Assembly: GCA_016699265.1 (NCBI GenBank)
Contig: CP064967.1
Span: forward strand, 570,001 to 602,000
Reading direction: 5' to 3'
Origin: Candidatus Saccharimonadota bacterium
GTDB lineage: Bacteria; Patescibacteriota; Microgenomatia; UBA1406; GWC2-37-13
Length of the DNA: 32,000 nt
Below are positions 1 to 8,163 of this stretch, in pieces. The notes under the pieces are model-generated. The model was not told the DNA's origin, made no database searches, and worked only from the letters and a program-made list of their open reading frames with translations. Numbering within the stretch: the stretch's first letter is position 1; each line of letters begins with the position of its first letter. Both the position numbers and the translations under genes were made by a program.

Positions 1-76
1 CCTGTTGATATCGTCCTCGTGTAGCCTCCGCTCTACGGTTAGGGGTTTGATCTATGCGACGCTCTATAACAGCCAT
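1..76 (-). CDS. 5' end of an unidentified CDS running off the window edge (MAVIERRIDQTPNRRAEATRGRYQQ...)
   Basis: ATG at 76-74 (minus) stays open to position 1. TATAAT (reverse complement of 84-89) lies 7 nt upstream, the same promoter-to-ATG spacing as other first genes here. Too short to assign a family. Confidence 0.35.
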   Translation of the reverse strand, partial: MAVIERRIDQTPNRRAEATRGRYQQ

Positions 77-156
77 GAGGGAGATTATACAGGATTTAGT
101 TTAGGTAGTGACACTTCTTGTCACACCTCGCTCTTCGAGCTACGAGGAACGTGCGA

Positions 157-2919
157 TTAATTTGGGTAATGACAACGCTTGTACTTCTTTCCTGAACCGC
201 AGTGACATGGATCATTTCTACCCGGTTTACCCTTGACCGCCGTAGCTTTAGCGACGGCTGGCTTGCTCGACGTTTTAGCTTTCGCCTTTGGCTCAGCAAA
301 CTGAGCAGTCTCAACAGGACCGGAAAGTACTAATTCTTTTCGCCCAGAGGGCGATCCCCCTTTGGGGGATTCTTGCCCAGCCGCATGAATATGCTCATGC
401 GCTTCGATCTGAACACTGAACATTCTTCTGGTTGCCTCGAAGTACATTCCCTGAATTAATCTCTCAAATAACTTAAAGGCCTCATTTTTATATTCAGCAA
501 GTGGCTGCACATTCGCATATCCCCTCAGACCAATCCCCTGTCTAAGGTCGTCAATTGAGCTAAGATGTTGAGAGAAGTACATATCTATCACCGATAGAAA
601 TATGAATCTAACAACGCCACGCCAGACACCATTGCTTGTCTCTTTTTCACGTTTTGCGTACTCCTTTTTTGCAGTAGAAACCAAGTAGTCTCGAAGACCC
701 GTCTGGTTACGCTCCTCAATAAAGGTTTGAACAGTCTTCTCTGAAACAGGAAGTAACAATCTAAGCTCTCGAAGTGTCGTTGAATTCATCTCGGCAGTCT
801 CATTGCCCAAATCAAAAGTAAACATGTTCGAGTGCATCTCAAGCTGCTCATCCACAACCGCAAGGATAGTTTCTTTGAAGGCACTATCGTCCTTATCTGC
901 CTGCATGAGAATGTTTCTTCTCAGGTCATAGATAATTTCACGTTGCTTGTTCAATACGTCGTCGTACTCAACCGTATTTTTTCTCATGTCAAAGTTTCTT
1001 CCCTCGACCTTTACCTGAGCTTGTTCAATTGCTTTAGTTACCATTGAGTGAGTGAGTGGTTGGTCCTCAGGAAGATTAAAGAAGGTCATGAGCTTTGCAA
1101 TCTGTTCACCACCAAAAATTCTCATGAGATCGTCTTCAAGCGAGACGAAGAATCTTGACTCACCAGGATCACCTTGACGACCAGCTCTACCTCTGAGCTG
1201 ATTATCAATTCTTCTGGACTCATGGCGCTCGGTTCCGATAATGTATAAACCACCTAACTCGAGAACTTTTTTATGCTCATCATCCCACCCTCCTCCAGAG
1301 GAGGATCCCCCTTTGGATGTCTTTCTAACGTCCTTTTCTTTAGTCTTTAGATTTGCATCAGGATCTCCTCCTAAGATAATATCAACTCCTCGTCCAGCCA
1401 TATTCGTTGCAACTGTAACTGCATTGATTCTTCCGGCAGAGGCTATAATCTGAGCTTCCTGTTCATGATTTTTTGCGTTGAGAAGATTGTGCTGAATTCC
1501 TCTTTGTCTCAACATCTTTGACAATAGCTCATTCTTATCAATTGAGGTGGTACCTATGAGAACCGGTCGACCAGTCTTGTTAACCGCAGCTACTTCCTCA
1601 ACAACTGCCTTAAATTTGCCAATTTCAGTTTTGTAGATAAGATCCGATTCATCCTTTCGAATCATGTTGTTATGAGTCGGCACAATGAGAATCTCGCAGC
1701 CGTATATCTTGTGAAACTCTTCAGCTTCCGTCGCTGCAGTTCCGGTCATTCCAGAGAGGATTGCGTACTTTCTAAAGTAGTTTTGAAGGGAAATAGTTGC
1801 GAGAGTTTTCGATTCCTTTTGAATTGGCTGTCCTTCTTTTGCCTCAACTGCCTGGTGAATTCCTTCTGACCAGCGTCGACCGTACTGGAGTCTTCCGGTA
1901 AACTCATCAACGATGATTATTTCTGCGTCTTTTACAATGTAGTCCTTCTCTTTCTTAAATAAAGTCTCGGCCTTCAATGCCGCCTCAAGATGAAATACTG
2001 CCTCGAAGTCCTTCTCATATAAATTATCTATGCCAAGCATCTTCTCGACTTTTGAAAGCCCTTTTTCGGTCATATTTGCCGATCTCTCCTTTTCATCAAC
2101 TACATAGTCCTCTGGCTGAAGTTTCTTTACCACCTGTGCATACTGATAGTACCTCGAGGTGTCCTCTTCATTTGGGGCTGAAATTATATGAGGGGTTCGT
2201 GCTTCATCAATAAGAACGGAGTCCGCCTCATCAATAATCGCAAAGTAGTACCCTCGTTGGCGAAGCTCTGCAGGATCCTGGACCATATTATCTCGAAGAT
2301 AATCAAAACCAAACTCACTGTTGATTCCGTATGTAATGTCTGCAAGATATGCTTCTCGTCGAGCAACTGGCTTCAGATGTTGTAGTCTCCAGTCTGTAGT
2401 ATTTTCGTCGTTATACTTCGCATCGTAGATAAAGGATCTTTCAGATATGTTCGCAGAGGTGGTCATTCCAAGAAAGTTAAAAACACCACCCATCCATCCT
2501 GCATCGCGTCTTGCGAGATAGTCATTGACCGTAACTAAGTGGGAGCCTTTCCCGGTTAATGCATGAAGGTAGAGCGCAGTAGTTGCTGAGAGCGTCTTTC
2601 CTTCTCCTGTTTTTTGCTCGGTAATCTTTCCGTCAGAAAGTGCAAGTCCTGCCATGAGCTGAACATCAAAATGTCTTATCCTAAGGACTCTTCGAGCGGC
2701 TTCCCTCACCAGTGCGAACGCCCAGGGACGAACCTCTTTTAGTACCTCAGGAGAACCTTTGGAGACTTTTTCTTTGAGCTTCTCAGTTTCCTTTATAAAA
2801 TCGCTGTCCTTAAGTTTTCGTGCCTTCTCATCCAACTCATTAATCTGTGCAACAACTATCTTATATTCATCGATTTGCTTCTGGTTGTAGTCTAGGAATT
2901 TTTTGAAAAAGTTAAGCAT
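157..2919 (-). CDS. secA: Preprotein translocase ATPase SecA
   Basis: 920-aa ORF with SecA motor motifs (TGEGKTL, MAGRGVDI, GTERHESRRIDNQLRGRAGRQGDPG) and the C-terminal zinc-binding tail CHCGSGKKYKRCH. Confidence 0.97.
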   Translation of the reverse strand: MLNFFKKFLDYNQKQIDEYKIVVAQINELDEKARKLKDSDFIKETEKLKEKVSKGSPEVLKEVRPWAFALVREAARRVLRIRHFDVQLMAGLALSDGKITEQKTGEGKTLSATTALYLHALTGKGSHLVTVNDYLARRDAGWMGGVFNFLGMTTSANISERSFIYDAKYNDENTTDWRLQHLKPVARREAYLADITYGINSEFGFDYLRDNMVQDPAELRQRGYYFAIIDEADSVLIDEARTPHIISAPNEEDTSRYYQYAQVVKKLQPEDYVVDEKERSANMTEKGLSKVEKMLGIDNLYEKDFEAVFHLEAALKAETLFKKEKDYIVKDAEIIIVDEFTGRLQYGRRWSEGIHQAVEAKEGQPIQKESKTLATISLQNYFRKYAILSGMTGTAATEAEEFHKIYGCEILIVPTHNNMIRKDESDLIYKTEIGKFKAVVEEVAAVNKTGRPVLIGTTSIDKNELLSKMLRQRGIQHNLLNAKNHEQEAQIIASAGRINAVTVATNMAGRGVDIILGGDPDANLKTKEKDVRKTSKGGSSSGGGWDDEHKKVLELGGLYIIGTERHESRRIDNQLRGRAGRQGDPGESRFFVSLEDDLMRIFGGEQIAKLMTFFNLPEDQPLTHSMVTKAIEQAQVKVEGRNFDMRKNTVEYDDVLNKQREIIYDLRRNILMQADKDDSAFKETILAVVDEQLEMHSNMFTFDLGNETAEMNSTTLRELRLLLPVSEKTVQTFIEERNQTGLRDYLVSTAKKEYAKREKETSNGVWRGVVRFIFLSVIDMYFSQHLSSIDDLRQGIGLRGYANVQPLAEYKNEAFKLFERLIQGMYFEATRRMFSVQIEAHEHIHAAGQESPKGGSPSGRKELVLSGPVETAQFAEPKAKAKTSSKPAVAKATAVKGKPGRNDPCHCGSGKKYKRCHYPN
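340..370 (-). repeat. In-frame 30-nt double-hairpin element, copy 1 (encodes SPKGGSPSGR in the SecA C-terminal linker)
   Basis: Plus strand CGCCC-AGA-GGGCG (341-353) directly followed by ATCCCCC-TTT-GGGGGAT (354-370). 26/30 identical to the carB copy, and all 4 differences are compensatory stem pairs. Confidence 0.8.
1291..1318 (-). repeat. In-frame double-hairpin element, copy 2, partly decayed (encodes SKGGSSSGGG in a SecA surface loop)
   Basis: TCCTCC-AGA-GGAGGA (1291-1305), then ATCCCCC-TTT-GG..AT (1305-1318). The second 3' arm lacks GGG, an in-frame 3-nt loss. Hairpin 1 has a third stem sequence that still pairs. Confidence 0.65.
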
Positions 2920-2928
2920 TGTTATATT

Positions 2929-3026
2929 TCGTCATTCCGAGTCCCGATGAAATCGAGGACGAGGAATCTAGCGTTAGCGCTCCTTAAGTCGCTGGATCCT
3001 TCGCTGCTCTCAGGACGACCTTCGCC
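2929..3026 (-). repeat. GC-rich structured intergenic element between the 251-aa ORF and secA
   Basis: Long imperfect hairpin 2934-2967: ATTCC-GA-GTCC-CGAT / GAA loop / ATCG-A-GGAC-GA-GGAAT, with tandem G.A mismatches. Followed by GC-rich sequence carrying the direct repeat CCTTCGC (2997-3003 and 3020-3026). Much more GC-rich than its surroundings. Confidence 0.6.
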
Positions 3027-3782
3027 TTATTTCTGAAAATACTCTTGAGGGATGATCAGCAATTTTTGGGCTGAGTAGCGATTTTTTTCTTTTTCCTTAC
3101 CGGAAACGGTGAGGACAAAATGAACGGCATCACCTTCTTTTATCTTAGAAAACCCAGCACTTTCCAACTCAAGAGTTTTACTGTCAAGCAAAGATATCTT
3201 CGTTGCCGACTCTATATCAATTGTATACCGTTCATGAGTAAAACTGTTGACGACAAGAGAGAAATCTGTCTTGTCTACCGTCGCTACAGTACCTGAGCCA
3301 ACAAGAACCTGAGTGTCGATGTAAATTGAGTTCGCCGAAACCTTTGTATCATTTACTACTCCTGCAACGATCACGTAGTCACCCTTTGAGACATCACTCT
3401 TTTCAAGGTCTTTTTTGGACCCACTTTTAAGTGAATAATATTTAGTTACCACCTCATCGAGCGAAACAGTGAATACAGTCGAATCTTCGGCAGTCACCTT
3501 TATACTGGTCTTACCTACCTCAGTAACTTTACCAACAACCACTCTTAGTTCCTTTTTCTGGATCTGTGCAACTTTATTAACTAAATTTTCTTTGAGTTTT
3601 TGAACCTCTTTTGAAATGCTTGAAGAACTCGTTGCCTCAACCTGACCAGCACTGTCCGTGGCTATAGGAGTAATAGCCTGCACAACAAATGAAGCTGACA
3701 TGAACACAAAGGCAAGTAATACGAAATACGTTATACGGTATACCTGTCTGCCGGCAGGCATGGCGATATACGATCTTCTCAT
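3027..3782 (-). CDS. Hypothetical secreted or membrane-anchored protein
   Basis: 251-aa ORF with an N-terminal hydrophobic signal/anchor (YFVLLAFVFMSASFVVQA). Its ATG overlaps the upstream stop (ATGA at 3779-3782). No family recognised. Confidence 0.6.
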   Translation of the reverse strand: MRRSYIAMPAGRQVYRITYFVLLAFVFMSASFVVQAITPIATDSAGQVEATSSSSISKEVQKLKENLVNKVAQIQKKELRVVVGKVTEVGKTSIKVTAEDSTVFTVSLDEVVTKYYSLKSGSKKDLEKSDVSKGDYVIVAGVVNDTKVSANSIYIDTQVLVGSGTVATVDKTDFSLVVNSFTHERYTIDIESATKISLLDSKTLELESAGFSKIKEGDAVHFVLTVSGKEKEKNRYSAQKLLIIPQEYFQK

Positions 3783-4207
3783 TTCTGCAGATTATAAACT
3801 TTTATAATTTTTTCCTGGGTTCTAACCGTCTTATCTTCAGGATACATTGTAATAGAAATGACGTTTTCTCCAACTATAATGGGTAGCTTAATTGAGAAGT
3901 CACTTTTATTACCGAGCTTCATTACGCTGTCCTTTGCTGTGGATTGAAAAACAAGGAATGATTTACTTTGAGCTTTTCCCTTTATAGTAATTGAGCTCTG
4001 GTCTACAACGGCATCTGTTGATGGCTCAGAAATTTCGAGGTTTTGCGCATTCTGTGACGTTGTGGAGAGCTGTAATTTGCCGGAGTTAGTTTTTATCTGA
4101 GCACCCTTATCTATCTCCATTTCATGGATCTGTCGTACCATCACAAAAGCAACGATAAGACCAAGTCCTACTCCGCATACGATGGCAACAAGTACTTCTT
4201 TCTTCAT
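3779..4207 (-). CDS. Hypothetical membrane-anchored protein
   Basis: 142-aa ORF with an N-terminal TM helix (VLVAIVCGVGLGLIVAFVMV). ATGA overlaps on both sides (4204-4207 and 3779-3782). Confidence 0.6.
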   Translation of the reverse strand: MKKEVLVAIVCGVGLGLIVAFVMVRQIHEMEIDKGAQIKTNSGKLQLSTTSQNAQNLEISEPSTDAVVDQSSITIKGKAQSKSFLVFQSTAKDSVMKLGNKSDFSIKLPIIVGENVISITMYPEDKTVRTQEKIIKVYNLQK

Positions 4208-5051
4208 AGAAAAAGCGAATTAACTACCTTGGGGATTGTATCAAGGATATCTGAGTTATTATACCAGTATCCTCTATCTAAAAAAAGAGCCTCGGCTGTT
4301 TTCTTAAGAATATATGAGGAACACACGCAGCTAGATACAGGATCAGAATGAGTGGTTAACCCTGCAACCAGACCGGCAAGAATGTCACCTGTTCCGCCTT
4401 TGGTAAGACCTTGATTACCACCGTCGATCAGTATCACATCTTTCCGTCGGAAACGAAGTCGGTTATCGCCTTCAGGAGAATAATGCAATGGTACTTCGAG
4501 GCCATCTCCTGAACTACCTTTGCCTTTTCCTCTGTAGATTTATCGGTTATCGAAATCCCAAAGAGCTGTTCGAATTCCTGTTGGTGAGGGGTGACAATGG
4601 CCGGCCTCTTAAGCGTTGCAAGCATCTCCGGCTTCATCATCTGCAGAGATCCTGCATCGATAACAAGCTGCTTGTTCTGTGCTTTGAGAAGAACACGTTT
4701 CGTAAGTTTTTTAGTCTCGTCATTTCGCTCCAGACCTGGCCCAATCAAAATCACGTCGTCCTCAGTTAAATAAGCATCGAGTTGATCTCGATGAACGACA
4801 ATGCCATTTCTAAACTTGGTTTTAAGAGACAAAAAGATCTCATTATTCTCTTCCGTAGAGCAGTAATGCACCATGTCTGCAAAATGCGAGACAACTTCCG
4901 CGGACCACAACGAAGCGGAATGAAATAACTGCGATCCTCCAATAATAAGCACCTTTCCATTTTGACCTTTATGGCTATTTTGCTCAGGTAGATTGATCTT
5001 GCTAAGGAATGTTTGGATGCCTTCTAGTGAGTCTGTACTGACGGTTTTCAA
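4204..5051 (-). CDS. nnrD: ADP-dependent NAD(P)H-hydrate dehydratase (YjeF C-terminal domain type), with one apparent frame break
   Basis: Fragments 4434..5051 and 4204..4488 together give HKGQNGKVLIIGGS ... VTPHQQEF ... ILLKAITDFVSDGK|DVILIDGGNQGLTKGGTGDILAGLVAGL. They join with a 1-nt correction at T-run 4441-4443. TTG start. Confidence 0.8.
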
Positions 5052-5141
5052 TTTTTACTTTTTAATTTTTAATTTTTATTTAATTTTCAAAAAATATTCA
5101 TTTAATACAAATTACGAAATACGAATTACAAATTCCTTGCG

Positions 5142-5150
5142 TGCTATAAT
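5142..5150 (+). promoter_or_regulatory. Extended -10 promoter element for alaS
   Basis: TGC-TATAAT (TATAAT at 5145-5150) ends 8 nt before the alaS ATG at 5159. Lies in an AT-rich divergent intergenic region. Confidence 0.5.
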
Positions 5151-5158
5151 TTTACATC

Positions 5159-6959
5159 ATGATGACTCATTTAGAGCTTAGGAAACAGTTTAAGAACTTC
5201 TGGGAAAGCAAAGGACATAAAGAGGTGCCGCCAATCCCGCTCGTTCCACAGAACGATCCAACCACTCTCTTTACTGGATCCGGCATGCAGCAGCTCGTGC
5301 CAAATCTTCTAGGGGAACCCCACCCTTTAGGAACCAGACTTTACAACGCTCAACGCTCATTCAGATCGCAGGATATTGAAGAGATCGGAGACAACCGACA
5401 CACCACGATGTTTGAAATGATGGGTAACTGGTCGCTAGGCGACTACTTCAAGGAGGAACAGCTCTCTTGGTTTTATGAATTTCTTACAAAGCAACTTTCA
5501 TTACATTCTGAAAATCTCCATGTGACAATTTTTAAGGGCGGCTCTGGTGTTCCTCAGGATCTAGATTCAAAGAATATTTGGCTGAAGCTTGGCATTTCCG
5601 AGGATCGAATATATGAATATGATGATAAGAAAAACTGGTGGTCTCGTGCTGGTTCCATTACCAATATGCCAGTCGGTGAGATTGGCGGACCGGACTCCGA
5701 GGTATTCTTTGAGTTCAAACAGGTAGTCCATGATCCTGCCTTCGGTGAGAACTGTCATCCGAACTGTGACTGCGGAAGATTCCTAGAGATCGGCAACAAT
5801 GTTTTTATTCAGTACAAGAAAGAAGAGAACGGCTCCCTCACCGAACTTCCAAGTAAAAATGTGGACTTCGGAGGCGGTCTCGAAAGGCTCCTTGCTGCAG
5901 CAAATAATAACCCGGATGTTTTCCAGACCAACGTCTTTATTTCGATTATTCAATTAATCGAAGCAATCACCGGAAGAAAATACAGTGACCCTGCTGCACA
6001 AAACAGATTCGTGTTATCGCGGACCATATTAAGGCGGCGGTCTTTCTCATCAAGGATGGCGTTCGACCTCAAACAAAGAACAAGGATATGTGCTCCGTAG
6101 ACTTCTGCGAAGATCGGCAGTAAAGTATCGATCTTTGGTAAGTGCGTTTAATCCTGCAGATATCGCTAATGTTGCCAAGGGCGTAATCGATACGTACGAG
6201 GGAATTTACTTCGATGGTAAGGTCGATACTCCCGAGATTTCATCGTTTATTAAAGATGAGATGGATCGCTTCGGAAAAACGCTTGAGAAGGGACTTCGAG
6301 AAGCAGAGAAAATACAACAGATCGATGGTTCAAAGGCCTTTGATCTCTATCAGACCTTTGGCTTTCCTCTTGAAGTTACCGAAGAGTTGTTTAAAGAAAA
6401 GGGACAGAATATTGACCATGTTCAGTTTAGGACTCAGTTTGATAAACATAAGGATCTTTCTCGATCTGCATCTGCAGGTAAATTCAAGGGAGGTCTTGCC
6501 GACCACTCGGATCAAGTTCTTAAATACCATACTGCAACTCATCTTCTCCATCAGGCGCTGTTTGATGTATTTGGAAATGATGTTCGTCAGGAAGGGTCGA
6601 ACATCACCGGCGAACGTCTCCGATTTGATTTTTACTGCAAGATAAAACCTACAGAGGAACAAACTAATAAAATTGAGTCAATTATTAATGAAAAAATTAT
6701 GGAAGCTCTCCCGATGCGTTTTAAGCTCATGCAAAAAGAAGATGCTCTAAAGGTCGGCGCTCGTTCATTTTTTAGGGAAAAGTACCCAGATCAGGTTAAG
6801 GTATATTATATAGGAGGCACCGATGACCAACCCGAGACGGCTTACTCAAAGGAGTTCTGTGGAGGACCTCATGTGAAAAACACAAAGGAGATTGGATCGC
6901 TCACAATCTTTAAACTCGAAACAATCGGAAGCAACCTATTTCGAATATATGCGAAGTAA
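5159..6959 (+). CDS. alaS: Alanyl-tRNA synthetase, short form (catalytic, tRNA-recognition and editing domains, no C-Ala domain), with two apparent frame breaks
   Basis: HTTMFEMMGNWSLGDYF and the GGGLERL core. The stretch QIRVIADHIKAAVFLIKDGVRP is readable only in the third frame, between A-run 6000-6003 and about 6067-6069. Then SNKEQGYVLRRLLRR follows, and editing motifs HTATHLLHQAL and CGGPHV. Track fragments are 5159..6100 and 6090..6959. Confidence 0.9.
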
Positions 6960-7001
6960 TTTCAAAGCTCAAAGATTAAATGTCAAACAAAGTCAAAAGT
7001 A

Positions 7002-7022
7002 CAAAACTCAAGTTTTGATTTT
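7002..7022 (+). terminator. Weak hairpin plus T-tract downstream of alaS
   Basis: CAAAAC (7002-7007) / GTTTTG (7012-7017) followed by ATTTT. The stem is AT-rich, so support is modest. Confidence 0.3.
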
Positions 7023-7059
7023 GGATTTGGAACTTTATTTGATATTGGGATTTTGATAT

Positions 7060-7088
7060 TTGACATTAGTAAAATTATTAGCTATTAT
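7060..7088 (+). promoter_or_regulatory. Sigma70-like promoter of the DsbA-like gene
   Basis: TTGACA (7060-7065), 17-nt spacer, TATTAT (7083-7088). The ATG at 7098 is 9 nt downstream. Confidence 0.55.
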
Positions 7089-7097
7089 TTCTGAACT

Positions 7098-7907
7098 ATG
7101 GCAACAAAAAGAAAAACGGTACGAAAGGCTTCTGTTACTTCCTCTTCACGAAAAAAGGTCACACGAAAAGCACCTGTTGATCAAATGGAGACATATCAAA
7201 TGCAACCACAACGATCTGGACCTTCTATGGTGCTCGTACTACTTCTAATTGCTATTTCATTCTTTACTGGATTCCTTTTCTTCAAGGTCCAGAGTCTTGA
7301 AAAAGGTGGGGGCGCTGCACAGCAGTTAGGCCAACAACAACAGGCAGCAAGACCAACTGAGCTTAAAATCGCCAAACCATCAACCAGCGAACACTGGAGA
7401 GGATCTAAGGATGCTAAGTTTGTTCTCGTTGAGTACACGGATCTAGAATGCCCATTTTGTAAGCAGGCTCACCCAACATTGCAGAAATTACTTTCTGAGA
7501 ATGAAGGAAAGATGGCGTGGGTACTAAGACACTTCCCTCTTTCCTTCCATCCTAAAGCACAAAAATCTGCTGAAGCAGTCGAGTGCGCAGCTGAACAAGG
7601 TGGAGATGAAGCTTTCTGGAAGATGACCGATGCTATCTACGAAAAAATGCCGGATCTTGAGCTCACCGGTTTAGCAGGAGTTGCGACGAGTGTTGGACTT
7701 GACGGCTCAGCACTTCAGTCATGCATGGACAGCGGTAAGTTCGCACAAAAAATAAAGGATGAGCAGGCCGAAGGAGCCAAGGCAGGAGTGCAGGCTACTC
7801 CCTCGAATGTAATCTACAATCTGACAACGGGAAAAACGCTTCTCGTGGAAGGTGCTCTTCCTTACGACCAGTTTAAGACACAGCTCGACGCCTTTCTTGC
7901 TAAATAA
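7098..7907 (+). CDS. DsbA-family thiol:disulfide oxidoreductase, membrane anchored
   Basis: 269-aa ORF with a basic N-terminus, a TM helix (MVLVLLLIAISFFTGFLFF) and a thioredoxin-fold CPFC active site (YTDLECPFCKQAHP). Confidence 0.8.
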   Translation: MATKRKTVRKASVTSSSRKKVTRKAPVDQMETYQMQPQRSGPSMVLVLLLIAISFFTGFLFFKVQSLEKGGGAAQQLGQQQQAARPTELKIAKPSTSEHWRGSKDAKFVLVEYTDLECPFCKQAHPTLQKLLSENEGKMAWVLRHFPLSFHPKAQKSAEAVECAAEQGGDEAFWKMTDAIYEKMPDLELTGLAGVATSVGLDGSALQSCMDSGKFAQKIKDEQAEGAKAGVQATPSNVIYNLTTGKTLLVEGALPYDQFKTQLDAFLAK

Positions 7908-7998
7908 TGAATCTTTCTCTTATCGAGGGTGAAGGATCTCATCGTATAATATTGAAGTGTTTCTATCTCTAATAGATCAAGGCACAAACAAAAAACTG

Positions 7999-8069
7999 TG
8001 ACCCTACGGGAATCGAACCCCGGTTTGCAGGATGAGAACCTGCCGTCCTAACCTCTAGACGATAAGGCC
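7999..8069 (-). tRNA. tRNA-Glu (anticodon CUC), no encoded CCA
   Basis: The reverse complement folds as a cloverleaf. Acceptor is GGCCTTA/TAGGGTC. The D arm is GTCT-AGAGGTTA-GGAC, typical of tRNA-Glu. Anticodon stem is GCAGG/CCTGC with loop TTCTCAT. The T arm is CGGGG-TTCGATT-CCCG, where the 3' strand is one C short. Confidence 0.85.
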
Positions 8070-8163
8070 ATTTTAGATCCGTTGTTTGACAAAAACAGAC
8101 CTGTCTAGTACCATTTTAGCACATCCCCAAGGCATGATCGGGGATTTATTTTTTATAACATAT

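Noticed and set aside
96-314. 72-aa minus-strand ORF overlapping the secA 3' end
   Set aside because: It lies in a different frame of the same strand, inside or abutting the strongly supported secA ORF. It is basic and low in complexity and has no motif, so it is treated as a frame shadow.
2750-2770. Possible fourth copy of the in-frame element (SecA SKGSPE, DNA CCTTTGG)
   Set aside because: Only the short CCTTTGG core is shared. There are no flanking inverted repeats and no hairpin can be drawn, so it is probably chance.
4434-4450. Programmed -1 ribosomal frameshifting as the explanation for the nnrD break, and likewise for the alaS, lysK and carB breaks
   Set aside because: No X-XXY-YYZ slippery heptamer or downstream stimulatory structure is present at the sites. 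Breaks occur in both directions, in many unrelated genes and apparently in a tRNA, which fits indel errors better.
5052-5135. AT-rich reiterated motifs (TTTTAATTTTTAATTTTTA; ATTACGAAATACGAATTACAAATT) considered as a tandem repeat, CRISPR-like array or operator array
   Set aside because: These are short, irregular, low-complexity sequences in a divergent promoter region. There is no repeat-spacer periodicity.
6960-7060. T/G-rich reiterations (TTTGATTTTGGATTTGG, TTTGATATT x2) between alaS and the dsbA-like gene, considered as a binding-site array or small RNA
   Set aside because: I could not define a consistent repeat unit or a stable structure beyond a weak terminator-like hairpin, so the evidence is insufficient.
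8086-8163. TTG-initiated N-terminal extension of greA in the ORF track
   Set aside because: GreA homologues begin at the MKAHQL... position (ATG 8164). The TTG coincides with a TTGACA -35-like hexamer, and the extension has no GreA counterpart.
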